A DNA stretch of 64,000 nt from Nitrospinaceae bacterium (GCA_965223665.1 OZ245011.1:1440001-1504000); one strand, 5' to 3'; shown: positions 40,467-51,356, counted from the first letter of the stretch. Made by a program: numbers and translations. Notes: generated by a model from the sequence alone, not told the origin.

Positions 40467-41051
40467 ATGCGCCTGCCCTCCCCTTCAGAAAAAAATATCA
40501 AACGCCTCTATATTCTTTCATTGCTGATTTTCATTTCTATTCCCTTTGGCTTCTATGAGATCTCTTCCACCCGCGCCGGAACGTCGCCGGATTGCGTTGG
40601 GAACATCTCCGCGGATTACCTGAAGGCCAAGACTCATTACCAGAATGAACTGCACGATCTCATCACCAAAACCGCACCGGACCTCACCGTACTCGCCGGA
40701 ATCAATCGCGACCTGCAAGTCGCCCTGGCCGAAGACCGACACGCCCGATTACTTTTTCTGCTTGCCTCTAATAAGGAACGAATCGTCACGGACAAAGGCA
40801 TGTCCCGATTCAGCAACTTCGACTGGAACGCGGGAGACCAGAAATCCTTTCTGAAAGTTTCTGCGAATCACCAAAGCCAGACCGATCGCATCACAAAACT
40901 TAAAGAAAAGAACAATAACCATCCCGACTGGCCCAGAATGCGCAATCTCTTCCGCGAAAAACTTTTCTTAAAACCCGAATACCAGGCCATTCAAAAAGAA
41001 CTGACCACCCAAACCAAAGCCCTGGGCCAACAACTGAAACGTTGCCAATGA
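40467..41051 (+). CDS. Hypothetical exported helical protein ('anchor' gene whose 3' end is repeated downstream)
   Basis: N-terminal TM; AGGA RBS; two Cys near the ends. Confidence 0.75.
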   Translation: MRLPSPSEKNIKRLYILSLLIFISIPFGFYEISSTRAGTSPDCVGNISADYLKAKTHYQNELHDLITKTAPDLTVLAGINRDLQVALAEDRHARLLFLLASNKERIVTDKGMSRFSNFDWNAGDQKSFLKVSANHQSQTDRITKLKEKNNNHPDWPRMRNLFREKLFLKPEYQAIQKELTTQTKALGQQLKRCQ

Positions 41052-41120
41052 GCAGACTTAAAATTCAAAACAAATGAGCTCACTAAAATCAATTAATAAA
41101 TAAAGCATGCTACACTATCC
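41052..41120 (+). promoter_or_regulatory. Promoter module copy 1 (variant AAATAAAGCATGCTACACT)
   Basis: Colinear with 44706-44775; extended -10-like TGcTACACT. Confidence 0.6.
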
Positions 41121-41174
41121 GCTTAAAGGTTTGATATCGATATTCAACTCCGAGTATTAAATCAGGAGGACACC

Positions 41175-42167
41175 ATTAAGAATTCCACTAATTTCTATTT
41201 AAAAAAATGTTTTTGCATTGGGGTATTTCTCCTATTTGGAATTCTCTCCGGTTGTGGCATTAGCGAAGATGAAGTTTCTTTAAGAAAGGGATCGGAGGCC
41301 TTCAAGCGCGAAGATGAAATTTCTTTAAGAAAAGGATCGGATTTCTTCAAACGCAAGGATTACCAATCCGCCTATTCCATTTTTGAACCCCTTGCTAACA
41401 AAGGCAACCCTGATGCTCAAAGCTTTCTTGGAACTATTTACCAGAATGGATTCGGCAGACCACAGGATTCGGTTAAAGCTGTGGAGTGGTTTCGAAAGTC
41501 GGCGGAACAGGGAAATAAAATCGGTCAAACAAACCTTGGAGTCCAGTATTTCCATGGAGAGGGTGTCGAGCAAGATGATACCCAAGCCGTCCATTGGTTT
41601 CGCAAGGCGGCAAATCAAGGGTTAGCTATAGCTCAACTAAAACTGGGATGGATGTATTCGAGAGGCAGAGGAGTTTCCCAAGATTATGATCAGGCAGCTA
41701 AGTTGTATCGCCAAGCCGCTGAGCAGGGAGATCAAATTGCTCAAACAAATCTTGGAAATTTCTATCTTAATGGCACTGGAGTTCCACAGGATGATGCTGA
41801 AGCGGTTCGTTGGTTTCGCAAGTCAGCGGAACAGGGACATCCGCAAGGTCAGAATAACTTGGGAGAGTCGTACCGTCTGGGAAAAGGCGTATCACAGAAT
41901 TTTCAAGAAGCGTTTCGACTATATGAACTGGCGGCAAATCAGGGAGATGACTTTGCTCATTTCAACCTGGGAGAAATGTATCGTGACGGGCAAGGCATAC
42001 CCAAAGACCTGGTAAAGGCCAGTATGCATTTCCAAATTTCCGCAAAACTTGGTCACGGCGACCATTCCGTAAAAGCCAATAAAGATATTTGGAAAAAAAT
42101 GCTTCCTGATCAAATAAATGAATCCAAAGAATTAGTTCAACAATGGGAATCGAAAAATTTAAAATGA
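41175..42167 (+). CDS. Sel1-like repeat lipoprotein with an apparent ATT start
   Basis: Frame open from ATT 41175, 5 nt after AGGAGG; LSGC lipobox; multiple Sel1 repeats (A..WFRKSAEQG). Confidence 0.85.
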   Translation: MKNSTNFYLKKCFCIGVFLLFGILSGCGISEDEVSLRKGSEAFKREDEISLRKGSDFFKRKDYQSAYSIFEPLANKGNPDAQSFLGTIYQNGFGRPQDSVKAVEWFRKSAEQGNKIGQTNLGVQYFHGEGVEQDDTQAVHWFRKAANQGLAIAQLKLGWMYSRGRGVSQDYDQAAKLYRQAAEQGDQIAQTNLGNFYLNGTGVPQDDAEAVRWFRKSAEQGHPQGQNNLGESYRLGKGVSQNFQEAFRLYELAANQGDDFAHFNLGEMYRDGQGIPKDLVKASMHFQISAKLGHGDHSVKANKDIWKKMLPDQINESKELVQQWESKNLK

Positions 42168-42261
42168 AATGCCATCAGCCTGCTTTTTTAAAGAATGCCG
42201 GGGATTGATCTTTAGGATTATGAGAGGATCTTATATTGGACCTAGCTTTAACTGTGAGAAT

Positions 42262-43395
42262 TCAATTCACTTTAATGGGATTCATGAATTTTTGACCCGC
42301 TAATTCCGACTCGCCTGCCAAATTGAGTAAAACCTCCAGACGCTGGTCGAATTCCTCCATCGTACAATCCTTACTGGTCAAGGTAACGTGCCCGACCTTG
42401 CGTCCGGGCCGTTCTTGCTTGCCATAAAAATGCGGGATGGCACCGGGGACGCTGCGGATTTCCTTTTCATCTGGCAAGCGGCCTACCAGATTTACCATGG
42501 CGGTGGGTTGATCCGTTGCGGTGTTGCCCAGCGGCAAATCACAAATCGCTCGGAGATGATTCTCGAATTGGGATGTCTCCGCCCCTTCAATGGTCCAATG
42601 CCCGCTGTTATGAACGCGCGGCGCAAATTCATTGGCGAACAGTTGATCCTTCATCTGAAAAAGTTCCAGGGCCATCACTCCCACGTAATTAAAATCCTCC
42701 ATGAGTTTTCTTATAGTGTCATTCGCTTGAGTCTGGAACGGGTCATTCAATCGACTGATCGAAAGACGAAGGATACCATCGCGATGATGATTTTCACTGA
42801 TGGGATAAAACACCATATCGCCTTTTTGGTTGCGAGCCGCTATTATGGAAATTTCCCGATCAAAGGCCACCTTGGATTCGACAATACATGGAAATTCACC
42901 CAGCCGTTCCCAGGCAGCAACAAGGTCGGTTTCATCACGCAGCAACGCCTGGCCTTTGCCATCGTAACCTTGAGTGCGGGTTTTAAGAATGGCGGGAAGA
43001 CCGATGTCTTGAACCGCCCGCGTCAAACCTGCAAGAGTTTCAAAAGGCGCAAACTTTGCGGTCGGAATGCCCAGGGAGTTAAAATGGTTCTTTTCTATCA
43101 GGCGATCTCGCGCCACAGCTAACGGTGAAATCGAGGGATGCAGAGTCACTTGTGGCTGAAGTGATTCCAGAGCGAACAACGAAACGTTTTCAAATTCATA
43201 AGTCACAACGTCCGCCCACTCGGCTATGCTTTTCAGTGCCTGTTCATCATCGTAAGCGGCACAAAGATGCGTTCCCAAAGAAGCGGCACTCGGGTGACTA
43301 TTGGGACTCAGAAACATAAAGTTCAACCCGAGCGAGCGGCCTGCCTGGGCCATCATGCGGGCGAGTTGGCCGCCCCCAAGGACACCAATATTCAT
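42262..43395 (-). CDS. purK: N5-carboxyaminoimidazole ribonucleotide synthase
   Basis: [40 protein letters not shown]. Confidence 0.96.
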   Translation of the reverse strand: MNIGVLGGGQLARMMAQAGRSLGLNFMFLSPNSHPSAASLGTHLCAAYDDEQALKSIAEWADVVTYEFENVSLFALESLQPQVTLHPSISPLAVARDRLIEKNHFNSLGIPTAKFAPFETLAGLTRAVQDIGLPAILKTRTQGYDGKGQALLRDETDLVAAWERLGEFPCIVESKVAFDREISIIAARNQKGDMVFYPISENHHRDGILRLSISRLNDPFQTQANDTIRKLMEDFNYVGVMALELFQMKDQLFANEFAPRVHNSGHWTIEGAETSQFENHLRAICDLPLGNTATDQPTAMVNLVGRLPDEKEIRSVPGAIPHFYGKQERPGRKVGHVTLTSKDCTMEEFDQRLEVLLNLAGESELAGQKFMNPIKVN

Positions 43396-43901
43396 AAATT
43401 GCCTTCGCGAGGATCAGGGTTTTCCAAAACAGTATCGGTTTGTTGCTTGCGGAAATTGTTTAAGGCGGTTTTGATATCAGGATACTTGTTGGCGAGAATA
43501 CCGGCTGCCAACAGAGCGGCGTTGATCGCACCGGCACGGCCAATTGCCAGAGTTCCCACGGGGATTCCCGCAGGCATCTGCACGATAGATAGTAATGAAT
43601 CCATACCATTTAGCGCTTTCGATTGCACGGGAACCCCCAACACAGGCAGAGAAGTTTTCGCCGCCATCATTCCGGGCAAATGGGCAGCGCCGCCGGCACC
43701 GGCGATGATGACTTCAATACCCTTCTGCTCAGCGCTTTCCGCATGTTGAAACAACTTGTCGGGAGTGCGGTGGGCGGATACGACTTCCACCGCATGCGGC
43801 ACATTCAGCGACTCTAAGGTTTCCGCCGCATGACGCATAGTGTCCCAATCCGACTTGGAACCCATAATAATACTAACAAGCGCAGTATCTTTGGTATTCA
43901 T
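43392..43901 (-). CDS. purE: N5-CAIR mutase
   Basis: [37 protein letters not shown]. Confidence 0.97.
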   Translation of the reverse strand: MNTKDTALVSIIMGSKSDWDTMRHAAETLESLNVPHAVEVVSAHRTPDKLFQHAESAEQKGIEVIIAGAGGAAHLPGMMAAKTSLPVLGVPVQSKALNGMDSLLSIVQMPAGIPVGTLAIGRAGAINAALLAAGILANKYPDIKTALNNFRKQQTDTVLENPDPREGNL

Positions 43902-44132
43902 TGAATGGATGATCTCCTAAAGGTTTAAAGCGATTCAATTGATTTATCGATTTTAAAAAGACGGGATTGGTCTTAACCTGATTCCGGCTGTCTCTAATAA
44001 TACTATAATAATGAACCAATCCAAACGTTGGAGCAATATTTTCACTGCTTATTTTGGGGAGTGCCCGCCCTCTGACTTGAGTCCGTTTTTAGAGTTCAGT
44101 TTCAGGGGGCAAACCCTTGCCCCCTTGAACGG

Positions 44133-44471
44133 CTAATTGGGTATAACTTCCACTGCTCCATGGTCATCACAGTGTTCACCATGTTGATGATGAAGACGCC
44201 CATCGACAATATAATCGATATGGTCTCCATGTGCGACCGCCGTATGTCCACAGCCAGAACTATGGACGTGGTTGTGATTATGCTTTTCAGCACACCCATT
44301 GGGATGCTGATCATTGACCTCTAAGACATGCTCGTCCACATGGTCTCCGTGAATGTGATGCAAATGTCCATCATGAAGATAATCGTAGTGATCTCCATGC
44401 TTAATCTTGGTATGACCGCAATTTTCTCCGTGAGTATGATCATGGTTGGGATGCTGGGTACAATCAGTCAT
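44133..44471 (-). CDS. Histidine-rich metal-binding protein
   Basis: Duplicated CGH...HGDHxDY..DGxLHH.HGxHxDxH unit; GGAG RBS. Confidence 0.85.
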   Translation of the reverse strand: MTDCTQHPNHDHTHGENCGHTKIKHGDHYDYLHDGHLHHIHGDHVDEHVLEVNDQHPNGCAEKHNHNHVHSSGCGHTAVAHGDHIDYIVDGRLHHQHGEHCDDHGAVEVIPN

Positions 44472-44689
44472 AGCTATCTCCTCAAGAAAGTTTATGATAA
44501 TCCCTTATCAAATGAATTCCTCTTAAGTTCAATTCGAATAAAAGAAATCATTACCCTCCTTCTCTCTAAATAGTTCAAGGGAAAAGGCATTCAGGACACA
44601 AACTGGCTTTTATACCCCGACCATATAACTCCACCTATAATTTGTCAATACCCTTTAAATGTACCTTTTAAATAGCACGAGAAACCCAT

Positions 44690-44775
44690 TGAAAAGTTGC
44701 CGATGAGCCCGACTTAAAAAATAGAATCCATGAATGTTGTGAAAAAGGGCTGCAAACAAAGCATGCTATAATTCC
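44690..44775 (+). repeat. Anchor 3'-end remnant plus promoter module copy 2
   Basis: TGAAAAGTTGCCGATGAGCCCGACTTAAAA resembles 41035-41063; AAACAAAGCATGCTATAAT at 44754-44772. Confidence 0.85.
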
Positions 44776-44862
44776 CTGCCAGATTTGAATGGAAGACTTC
44801 TTTTGAAGCTTGAATTTTTATATCGCCTCAAAAATAAATTTAAAATTGAATATCATATAACT

Positions 44863-45846
44863 TTGAAAACTTTTTTATATCTCTTACTTACCAGTGTTCT
44901 GCTCACCGCCTGTTCGAATTCACAGGTCACCTCCCAAAACACTCGTCCAAGTTCTGGGGTGGAACCCGCCTCCCGCGTAATCCCGGCGTCCGATGTCCAG
45001 TGGGTGGCGCTGAACCCCGCCCGCGGCGATAAAAGCCCAAAAGCGGGAACTCTCTGGGGCGATCGCACCGGCTCCGGTCCATCCGGCTTTCTGGTTAAGT
45101 TTGTGGATGGCTTCTCGTCGCCTGCGCATATTCACAACATCACCTACCGCGGAGTGGTCATCAGTGGGCTCGTTCACAACGATCATCCTGATGCGGACAA
45201 TCACTGGATGTCGGTGGGTTCTTACTGGACGCAACCTGCGGGAGCGGTGCACCTTACCTCTGCTAAGGGAAGTATGAATCTGGCGTACATAGAGATTGAA
45301 GAGGGGCCGTATCTCGTCCTTTCCACAAAGAAAGCGTTTGATAATGGAGATAGGCCGGTGAAAGTGGACGCATCGAACATTGATTGGATCCATCCGCCCG
45401 GAACGTCAGTTCCTTCCCATGGACTGAAGGTCGCTTTGCTCTGGGGCAAGCCGTCCGACGGCCAGTTGAACGGAACTCTTGTCAAACTGTCCGCCGGGTT
45501 TTCCGGTGAGCTTAGCAGCCCAGGCCCAACCTTACGCACGGTAGTTATCCAGGGTCTCGCAAAGCATCGAATGTCAAACGGAACCGACATCAAGACACTG
45601 GAGCCGGGCAGCTATTTCAGTTCAAAAGGGGAGTTGGCGCACCAGGTTTCATGCGAAGCAGGAAAAGACTGCATTCTCTACGTCCGCACAGAAGGCAAGT
45701 TCGGTATCCTTCCAGTGCCGCCCGGGAATTATCTTTCCCCGATTTACGCATTAAAAGTTTTCTTCTCTCAACCCAAAAACACTCACCACCCAAACCCAGG
45801 CCATGGGCCAACAACTGAAAAGTTGCCATGGAACAAGGGTCTGTAA
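44863..45846 (+). CDS. DUF4437-like double-cupin lipoprotein
   Basis: LTAC lipobox after TTG 44863; [37 protein letters not shown]. Confidence 0.8.
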   Translation: MKTFLYLLLTSVLLTACSNSQVTSQNTRPSSGVEPASRVIPASDVQWVALNPARGDKSPKAGTLWGDRTGSGPSGFLVKFVDGFSSPAHIHNITYRGVVISGLVHNDHPDADNHWMSVGSYWTQPAGAVHLTSAKGSMNLAYIEIEEGPYLVLSTKKAFDNGDRPVKVDASNIDWIHPPGTSVPSHGLKVALLWGKPSDGQLNGTLVKLSAGFSGELSSPGPTLRTVVIQGLAKHRMSNGTDIKTLEPGSYFSSKGELAHQVSCEAGKDCILYVRTEGKFGILPVPPGNYLSPIYALKVFFSQPKNTHHPNPGHGPTTEKLPWNKGL

Positions 45847-45858
45847 AAAAATGGGCCC
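45774..45858 (+). repeat. Anchor 3'-end remnant with truncated module
   Basis: ACTCACCACCCAAACCCAGGCCATGGGCCAACAACTGAAAAGTTGCCA ([15 protein letters not shown]) versus the anchor LTTQTKALGQQLKRC. Confidence 0.9.
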
Positions 45859-45859
45859 G

Positions 45860-46534
45860 TTATTTAGATGGCTGACCCGCGTTTAATCGGTTGGCCTCTT
45901 CATGATGCCAAAGGATTTGCTCACGAAGCTCCAAAATTTCCTCACGGTTGGCTTTTATAAGCTCATTCCACTCATTCCGTTTTGTTCCTTTTGGATCCAG
46001 ATAGGGTTTCTTATTGAACCGCTCCACTCGTTGCTGCAAGTGAACCACCTTGGCTTCCAGCCGTACTGCATCCTCATCCAGCAAGTCAGCAGCTTCGAGA
46101 TGCTCTTCTGAAGACCACTCCATGGCAGCTTTTGGCGAAAGTTGAGAAGCCAGCGCTTTCTTTCCGGATGACGATACCCCGTTTAACCGGTCGGCCTCTT
46201 GATTATGCCAGGCGATCTTATCATGAAGCTCCGAAATTTCGGCACGGTATGTTGATATACGCGATTTCCACTTTCGTCGCTTGACTCCTTTCAGATCGAG
46301 ATGCTTCTTCTTTTCGAACCGCACCACCCGTTGCTTCAGGTGAGCCACCTGGTCTTCCAGCCTTACCGCTTCTTCATGCAACAGGTCAGCCGCCTTCCGG
46401 TGCTCTTCTGCAGACCAATCCTTGACCTCCTGAGCGGAAAGGTGGGGAGGCAACACCTGTGTTTTGTTCTGCGCACAACCAAGAGAGAGACTCATCAAAA
46501 CAATACCCGTAAGAGCAACCATTCTATTTTTCAT
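45860..46534 (-). CDS. Lipoprotein made of two ~100-aa helical repeats
   Basis: SLGC lipobox; repeated WSxEEH..AADLL..AVRLE...WH..EA.RLN. Confidence 0.85.
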   Translation of the reverse strand: MKNRMVALTGIVLMSLSLGCAQNKTQVLPPHLSAQEVKDWSAEEHRKAADLLHEEAVRLEDQVAHLKQRVVRFEKKKHLDLKGVKRRKWKSRISTYRAEISELHDKIAWHNQEADRLNGVSSSGKKALASQLSPKAAMEWSSEEHLEAADLLDEDAVRLEAKVVHLQQRVERFNKKPYLDPKGTKRNEWNELIKANREEILELREQILWHHEEANRLNAGQPSK

Positions 46535-46716
46535 AGTTCACATCCTTCTTGTAAACAAAAAGATTAAAATTTGATGTTTATTCTTCTTTATGATCTGCTT
46601 TCAACGAAAAATATTCCCCAGTGATTCGGAATATACCGTCTTTTATTTAATTATTAAGATATCAATTCTGTAAAAACGATTCGAGTTTCTAGATTCGTTC
46701 AAGTCGGTCCCATAGA

Positions 46717-46807
46717 CCAAAAGAATGGCCCACCAAACTCAAGCCATGGGCCAATAGAATCCATAAGGCAATAGAATAGCGCCCTAAACAAAGCATGCTA
46801 TAATTCC
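46717..46807 (+). repeat. Anchor 3'-end remnant plus promoter module copy 3
   Basis: CAAAAGAATGGCCCACCAAACTCAAGCCATGGGCCAA, then AAACAAAGCATGCTATAAT at 46786-46804. Confidence 0.85.
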
Positions 46808-46938
46808 TAATCGGATTCGAATTAAAAATCTTTTTATAAAATTTTAAATTCTACTGTCAACCCCAGTGAACATCCAATTTTTAAAATTCACTTGTCACAC
46901 GTGTCGAAGGGAATTCTGTCATTTAATGGAGAGAAAAT

Positions 46939-48039
46939 ATGAATCAGGAAAGTAACCCATTATTCAGTCCGTTCCAGTTAGGCGATCTCACTTTGCAAAA
47001 TCGTATTGCTCTTTCACCCATGACCCGAGCCCGGGCGGGTTCGGAACAAACGGCAAACGAGCTTATGGCAGAATATTATTCCCAACGGTCGGCAGCGGGA
47101 TTGCTGATTACAGAGGGAACCTTTATCTCCAAACAAGCCGTGGGTTGGGTGAACGCACCGGGGATCTATAATGATGAACAAACCGAAGGCTGGAAAATTG
47201 TTACCGATGAAGTCCATTCCAAAGGTTCGAAAATTTTTCTTCAATTGTGGCATTGCGGCCGAGCCTCCCACAGCGCTTTTCATGGCGGTGAACTTCCGGT
47301 GGCTCCTTCGGCCATTCAACCTGATTTGAAATACATCCATACTCCCGATGGCAAAAAGGACCTTGAAGTTCCCCGGGCTCTCGACACCGATGAAATTCCT
47401 CAAGTCGTCAATGACTACAAGCTGGCAGCCAAAAGAGCCAAAGAAGCAGGGTTTGATGGGGTGGAGATTCACAGCGCCAACGGGTATTTGCTCGACGAGT
47501 TTCTTCAATCAAAAACCAATACCCGAACAGACCGTTACGGAGGAAGTCTGGAAAACCGGTTTCGGTTTCTTCAAGAAGTTGTCACTGCGGTCACAGAAGT
47601 CTGGCCCGCCAACCAGATAGGAGTTCGTCTCAGTCCCAATGGAAATTATAATGACATGGGGTCTGAAGACTTTCGAGAGTCTTTTACTTTTTATGCGAGC
47701 CAGCTGGACAAAGTGGGTTTGGCTTATTTGCACGTCGTCGATGGCCTGGCATTCGGGTTTCATGAACTGGGAGAACCGATGACCTTGAAGGAATTTCGCA
47801 ATGTTTTTCCCGGACCCATCATTGGGAATTGTGGATACACAAAAGAGACGGCGGAGGCAGCGATCCAGGAAGGAAACGCGGATTTGATTGCCTTTGGACG
47901 TCCCTTTATCAGCAACCCGGATCTGGTCGAACGGTTTCGTAACGGTTGGCCGTTGGCGGCGGATGCCGATGTCGGCGCCTGGTTTTCGTTTGAAAAAGAA
48001 GGGTATACTGATTTCGAATTTTACGAGAGCGGATCTTAA
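46939..48039 (+). CDS. nemA: Old Yellow Enzyme alkene reductase (NemA-like)
   Basis: PMTRAR, QLWHCGRASH, GFDGVEIHSANGYL, FGRPFISNPDL. Confidence 0.92.
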   Translation: MNQESNPLFSPFQLGDLTLQNRIALSPMTRARAGSEQTANELMAEYYSQRSAAGLLITEGTFISKQAVGWVNAPGIYNDEQTEGWKIVTDEVHSKGSKIFLQLWHCGRASHSAFHGGELPVAPSAIQPDLKYIHTPDGKKDLEVPRALDTDEIPQVVNDYKLAAKRAKEAGFDGVEIHSANGYLLDEFLQSKTNTRTDRYGGSLENRFRFLQEVVTAVTEVWPANQIGVRLSPNGNYNDMGSEDFRESFTFYASQLDKVGLAYLHVVDGLAFGFHELGEPMTLKEFRNVFPGPIIGNCGYTKETAEAAIQEGNADLIAFGRPFISNPDLVERFRNGWPLAADADVGAWFSFEKEGYTDFEFYESGS

Positions 48040-48245
48040 AAAATTCAAGGCTCAGCTATAACTCAGTGGTTCCATTCCCTATCAATAGATAGTTTCTATA
48101 TATATAGAAACCCTTCCTGAACACTTTTTGGCCTGTCGAAAAAAATGGTTTTTTACTCTGGAAACCCGCTTCCGCTTTGGATTAAAATAAAGGTGAATTA
48201 GAAAAGAACACCGCCTGAAATATCATCTAATAGAGCATTCCCGCT

Positions 48246-49541
48246 ATGATCGATTTGCTGGCAGCACGATCGCAATTGGCCGTCTCCCTGGGATTCCATA
48301 TCATTTTTGCCTGCATTGGAATTGCCATGCCTTTTTTCATGGCCGTCGCACACTGGAAATGGTTGCGCACCGGTCAACAGATTTTTCTCGATTTGACCCG
48401 CGCCTGGCTCAAGGGAGTCGCCATCTTTTTTGCCATCGGTGCCGTTTCCGGAACCGTGTTATCGTTTGAACTGGGACTGCTGTTTCCGAAGTTCATGGAA
48501 GTCGCCGGACCCATCATCGGCCTGCCCTTTTCCTGGGAAGGCGTGGCGTTTTTTCTCGAAGCCATTGCACTGGGACTGTTTTTGTACGGATGGGATATCG
48601 TCAATCGATGGGTGCACTGGGCCTCCGGCGTGGTGATGGGAATTGCCGGTGCTGCTTCGGGTATGATCGTCATCTGCGCCAACGGGTGGATGAACAGTCC
48701 GGAAGGTTTCGACTGGGTGAACGGTCAGGCTGTCAACATCGATCCCATCGCTGCCATGTTCAACAACGCGTCGCTGCACCAGGGAATTCATATGACGATA
48801 GCCTCGTTTGCCGCCACCGGGTTTGCGGTCGCAGGTGTTCACGCCATTCTCATATTGAGGAAGAAAAATATTTCGTTTCACCAGGAGGCGTTGAAAATTG
48901 CCCTGGCGTTTGGCGCAGTGGCCGCTTTGCTCCAACCCCTCAGTGGAGATTTCATATCCCGGCATTTGACCGAACACCAGCCGGAAAAAGCCGCCGCCAT
49001 GCATGCGCAATTCAAAACCGAAAAAGGCGCGCCTCTTTTAATTGGTGGCATTCCTCTGGAAAAAGAGAAGACCGTTAAGTTCGGCATCTACATTCCCAAA
49101 ATGCTCAGCTTTCTGGCGCATCATGATTTCAACGCAGAAGTGACCGGACTCGACGCGTTTCCGGAAGAGAATCATCCGCCGGTGGCGGTGGTGCATTTCG
49201 CATTTCAGATTATGGTGGGTATCGGAACTTTTCTTGCCGGCCTGTCTGCACTTTATTTTCTATTCGTGATGAAATTTCCGCGCCTGCTGTTTCATTCGCT
49301 CTATCTAAAGGGTCTTGCCCTCGCGATTCCGCTGGGATTCATCGCGGTGGAAGCGGGATGGGTGGTGACAGAAGTGGGACGCCAGCCGTGGATCATCTAT
49401 AAAATAATGAAGGTTTCCGAAGCGGTCACGCCGATGCCGGGGCTGATTTATCCGTTCCTTCTATTCACCGGCATCTATGTTTTCCTGTCGTTTGTCGCGG
49501 CCTGGTTGCTGTTCCGCCAGATCAAGGCGGTGAAAACTTAA
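48246..49541 (+). CDS. cydA: Cytochrome bd-type quinol oxidase subunit I
   Basis: GFHIIF, AFFLEA, QPEKAAA, GWVVTEVGRQPW. Confidence 0.95.
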   Translation: MIDLLAARSQLAVSLGFHIIFACIGIAMPFFMAVAHWKWLRTGQQIFLDLTRAWLKGVAIFFAIGAVSGTVLSFELGLLFPKFMEVAGPIIGLPFSWEGVAFFLEAIALGLFLYGWDIVNRWVHWASGVVMGIAGAASGMIVICANGWMNSPEGFDWVNGQAVNIDPIAAMFNNASLHQGIHMTIASFAATGFAVAGVHAILILRKKNISFHQEALKIALAFGAVAALLQPLSGDFISRHLTEHQPEKAAAMHAQFKTEKGAPLLIGGIPLEKEKTVKFGIYIPKMLSFLAHHDFNAEVTGLDAFPEENHPPVAVVHFAFQIMVGIGTFLAGLSALYFLFVMKFPRLLFHSLYLKGLALAIPLGFIAVEAGWVVTEVGRQPWIIYKIMKVSEAVTPMPGLIYPFLLFTGIYVFLSFVAAWLLFRQIKAVKT

Positions 49542-49563
49542 AATGTTTTAGGAGTCTGAATTT

Positions 49564-50580
49564 ATGATCGAAGTGGTAATGGTTTTTCTGGCAGGGGCAC
49601 TTTTGCTTTATGTGTTGTTAGGCGGAGCGGACTTCGGCGCGGGCATTCTGGAAATGTTTGTCAATCGCAAAACTCGAAGCCAACAGAAAACTATTATCAA
49701 CAAGGCCATGGGGCCGGTCTGGGAGGTCAACCACATCTGGCTGATCATCGCCGTGGTCATCATGTTCAACGCGTTCCCCAAAGCCTTCAGTCAAATTTCA
49801 GTCACATTTCACATTCCGCTGACCATCATGTTAGTGGGCATCATCACTCGCGGGTGCGCGTTTGCCTTTCGCAACTACGACGCGTATCGGGATCAGTCGC
49901 AGAAGTACTATTCACTCGCGTTCGAAATTTCCAGCGTCTTGACACCGTTCAGTTTAGGCCTGACGCTTGGCGGAATCTTGATCGGACGAATCAATCCGCA
50001 AGCAGATTCGTTTTACGCCGCGTTCATTGATCCGTGGTTCAACGTGTTCTCGTTTACACTAGGAATTTTTACCTGCTGTCTGGTTACTTACATCGCCTCG
50101 GTTTACATCATCGGAGAAACTCGAAAACAAATTCTTCGGCGACAATTCGTTTACCGGGCCAAGGTGGCAGGAGTCGTGACTTTTATCATGGGAGTTTTAG
50201 TCATCGAGGCGGCGGTGTTTTACGAATCGGAACTGTTTTCCAAATTTTATTCGGACGGATTCAGTCTGTCGTGTATTTTTCTCGCGGCCATCCTGTCCGT
50301 ACCGCTATGGAAATTATTGAACCATCCTCGCGCAATCCTTGCGCGCCTGTTGGTGGGGGCGCAGGTGTCGCTGATTTTTCTGGCGTGGTACGAAATGCAG
50401 TTTCCTTTTATTATTGCCCCTTCGGAATTGTTTGGCTTTGAAGGACTCAATCTGTATCAAGTCGCGGCACCGGAAAGCACCTTCAAATATCTGTTGATTG
50501 CGCTGGTCGCCGGATCGGCAATTATTTTTCCCGCCTGGTTGTATCTTATCCGCGTGTTCAAGTTTCGATGGAATTCATAG
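49564..50580 (+). CDS. cydB: Cytochrome bd-type quinol oxidase subunit II
   Basis: YVLLGGADFGAG, GPVWEVNHIWLI; follows cydA. Confidence 0.93.
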   Translation: MIEVVMVFLAGALLLYVLLGGADFGAGILEMFVNRKTRSQQKTIINKAMGPVWEVNHIWLIIAVVIMFNAFPKAFSQISVTFHIPLTIMLVGIITRGCAFAFRNYDAYRDQSQKYYSLAFEISSVLTPFSLGLTLGGILIGRINPQADSFYAAFIDPWFNVFSFTLGIFTCCLVTYIASVYIIGETRKQILRRQFVYRAKVAGVVTFIMGVLVIEAAVFYESELFSKFYSDGFSLSCIFLAAILSVPLWKLLNHPRAILARLLVGAQVSLIFLAWYEMQFPFIIAPSELFGFEGLNLYQVAAPESTFKYLLIALVAGSAIIFPAWLYLIRVFKFRWNS

Positions 50581-50740
50581 ATCCCACTCAAACGGATAGC
50601 TATGAAAGAAGTGGCGAATTTAATTCGTTTTCATTAAACTAATTCTAAAGCAAATATACTTATTAACCAGCGGTTAAGCAAAACATAACCACTTACTATA
50701 CCTATGGCACTTAACGTCGCTACATCCTGGGAGATTTGGC

Positions 50741-51247
50741 ATGATTAGATTGCCCTGGATTCTTAGGGTGCTATTTGTATCCTCTTTTTTAGCGGGCTGT
50801 AGCTCTCTTCCTGTTGAAACTCCCCCTCAGGAAATTATTATTCTAAATTCAAATAAGGCCAACCTCTCCGATTCCAGATCCGTCCGAAAAAAAATCTACC
50901 GGCAGTATGAACGCTGGAAAGGAACGAAATACCATATAGGTGGTCTTTCCAGAAAAGGTATCGACTGCTCGGGATTGGTTTATGTCACCTACCGTGAGCA
51001 GTTGGGCATTAAACTTCCCCGAACCACTAAGTTGCAGGTTAAAGCCGGAAGAACGATTAAGCGCAGTGAGCTTCGGTCCGGTGACCTGGTTTTTTTTAAA
51101 ACAGGAATCAAGGTCCGCCATGTGGGAATCTATATAGAAGACGGAAAGTTTTTTCATGCATCCACAAAGAAAGGTGTTACGATTTCCAAATTGAGTGACT
51201 ATTACTGGAAAGACAGGTACTGGCACTCAAGAAGAATGGAGCGGTAG
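50741..51247 (+). CDS. NlpC/P60 lipoprotein peptidoglycan endopeptidase
   Basis: LAGC lipobox; GIDCSG, GDLVFF, HVGIY, HAST. Confidence 0.93.
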   Translation: MIRLPWILRVLFVSSFLAGCSSLPVETPPQEIIILNSNKANLSDSRSVRKKIYRQYERWKGTKYHIGGLSRKGIDCSGLVYVTYREQLGIKLPRTTKLQVKAGRTIKRSELRSGDLVFFKTGIKVRHVGIYIEDGKFFHASTKKGVTISKLSDYYWKDRYWHSRRMER

Positions 51248-51267
51248 GAATGGTGAAAACAGAAGTT

Positions 51268-51356
51268 GATGTGCTCCCTCTTTTCTAAAGAGGGCTGGGG
51301 TGATTCACATTCAGGGGTTTGCGGCGAACCGCTGCAGGTAAAATTCATTTGTGATG
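51268..51356 (+). repeat. Outlying copy of the modular hairpin repeat
   Basis: GATGTGCTCCCTCTTTTCTAAAGAGGGCTGGGGTGATTCAC plus GCGGCGAACCGC (reverse complement of about 22138-22161). Confidence 0.85.
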
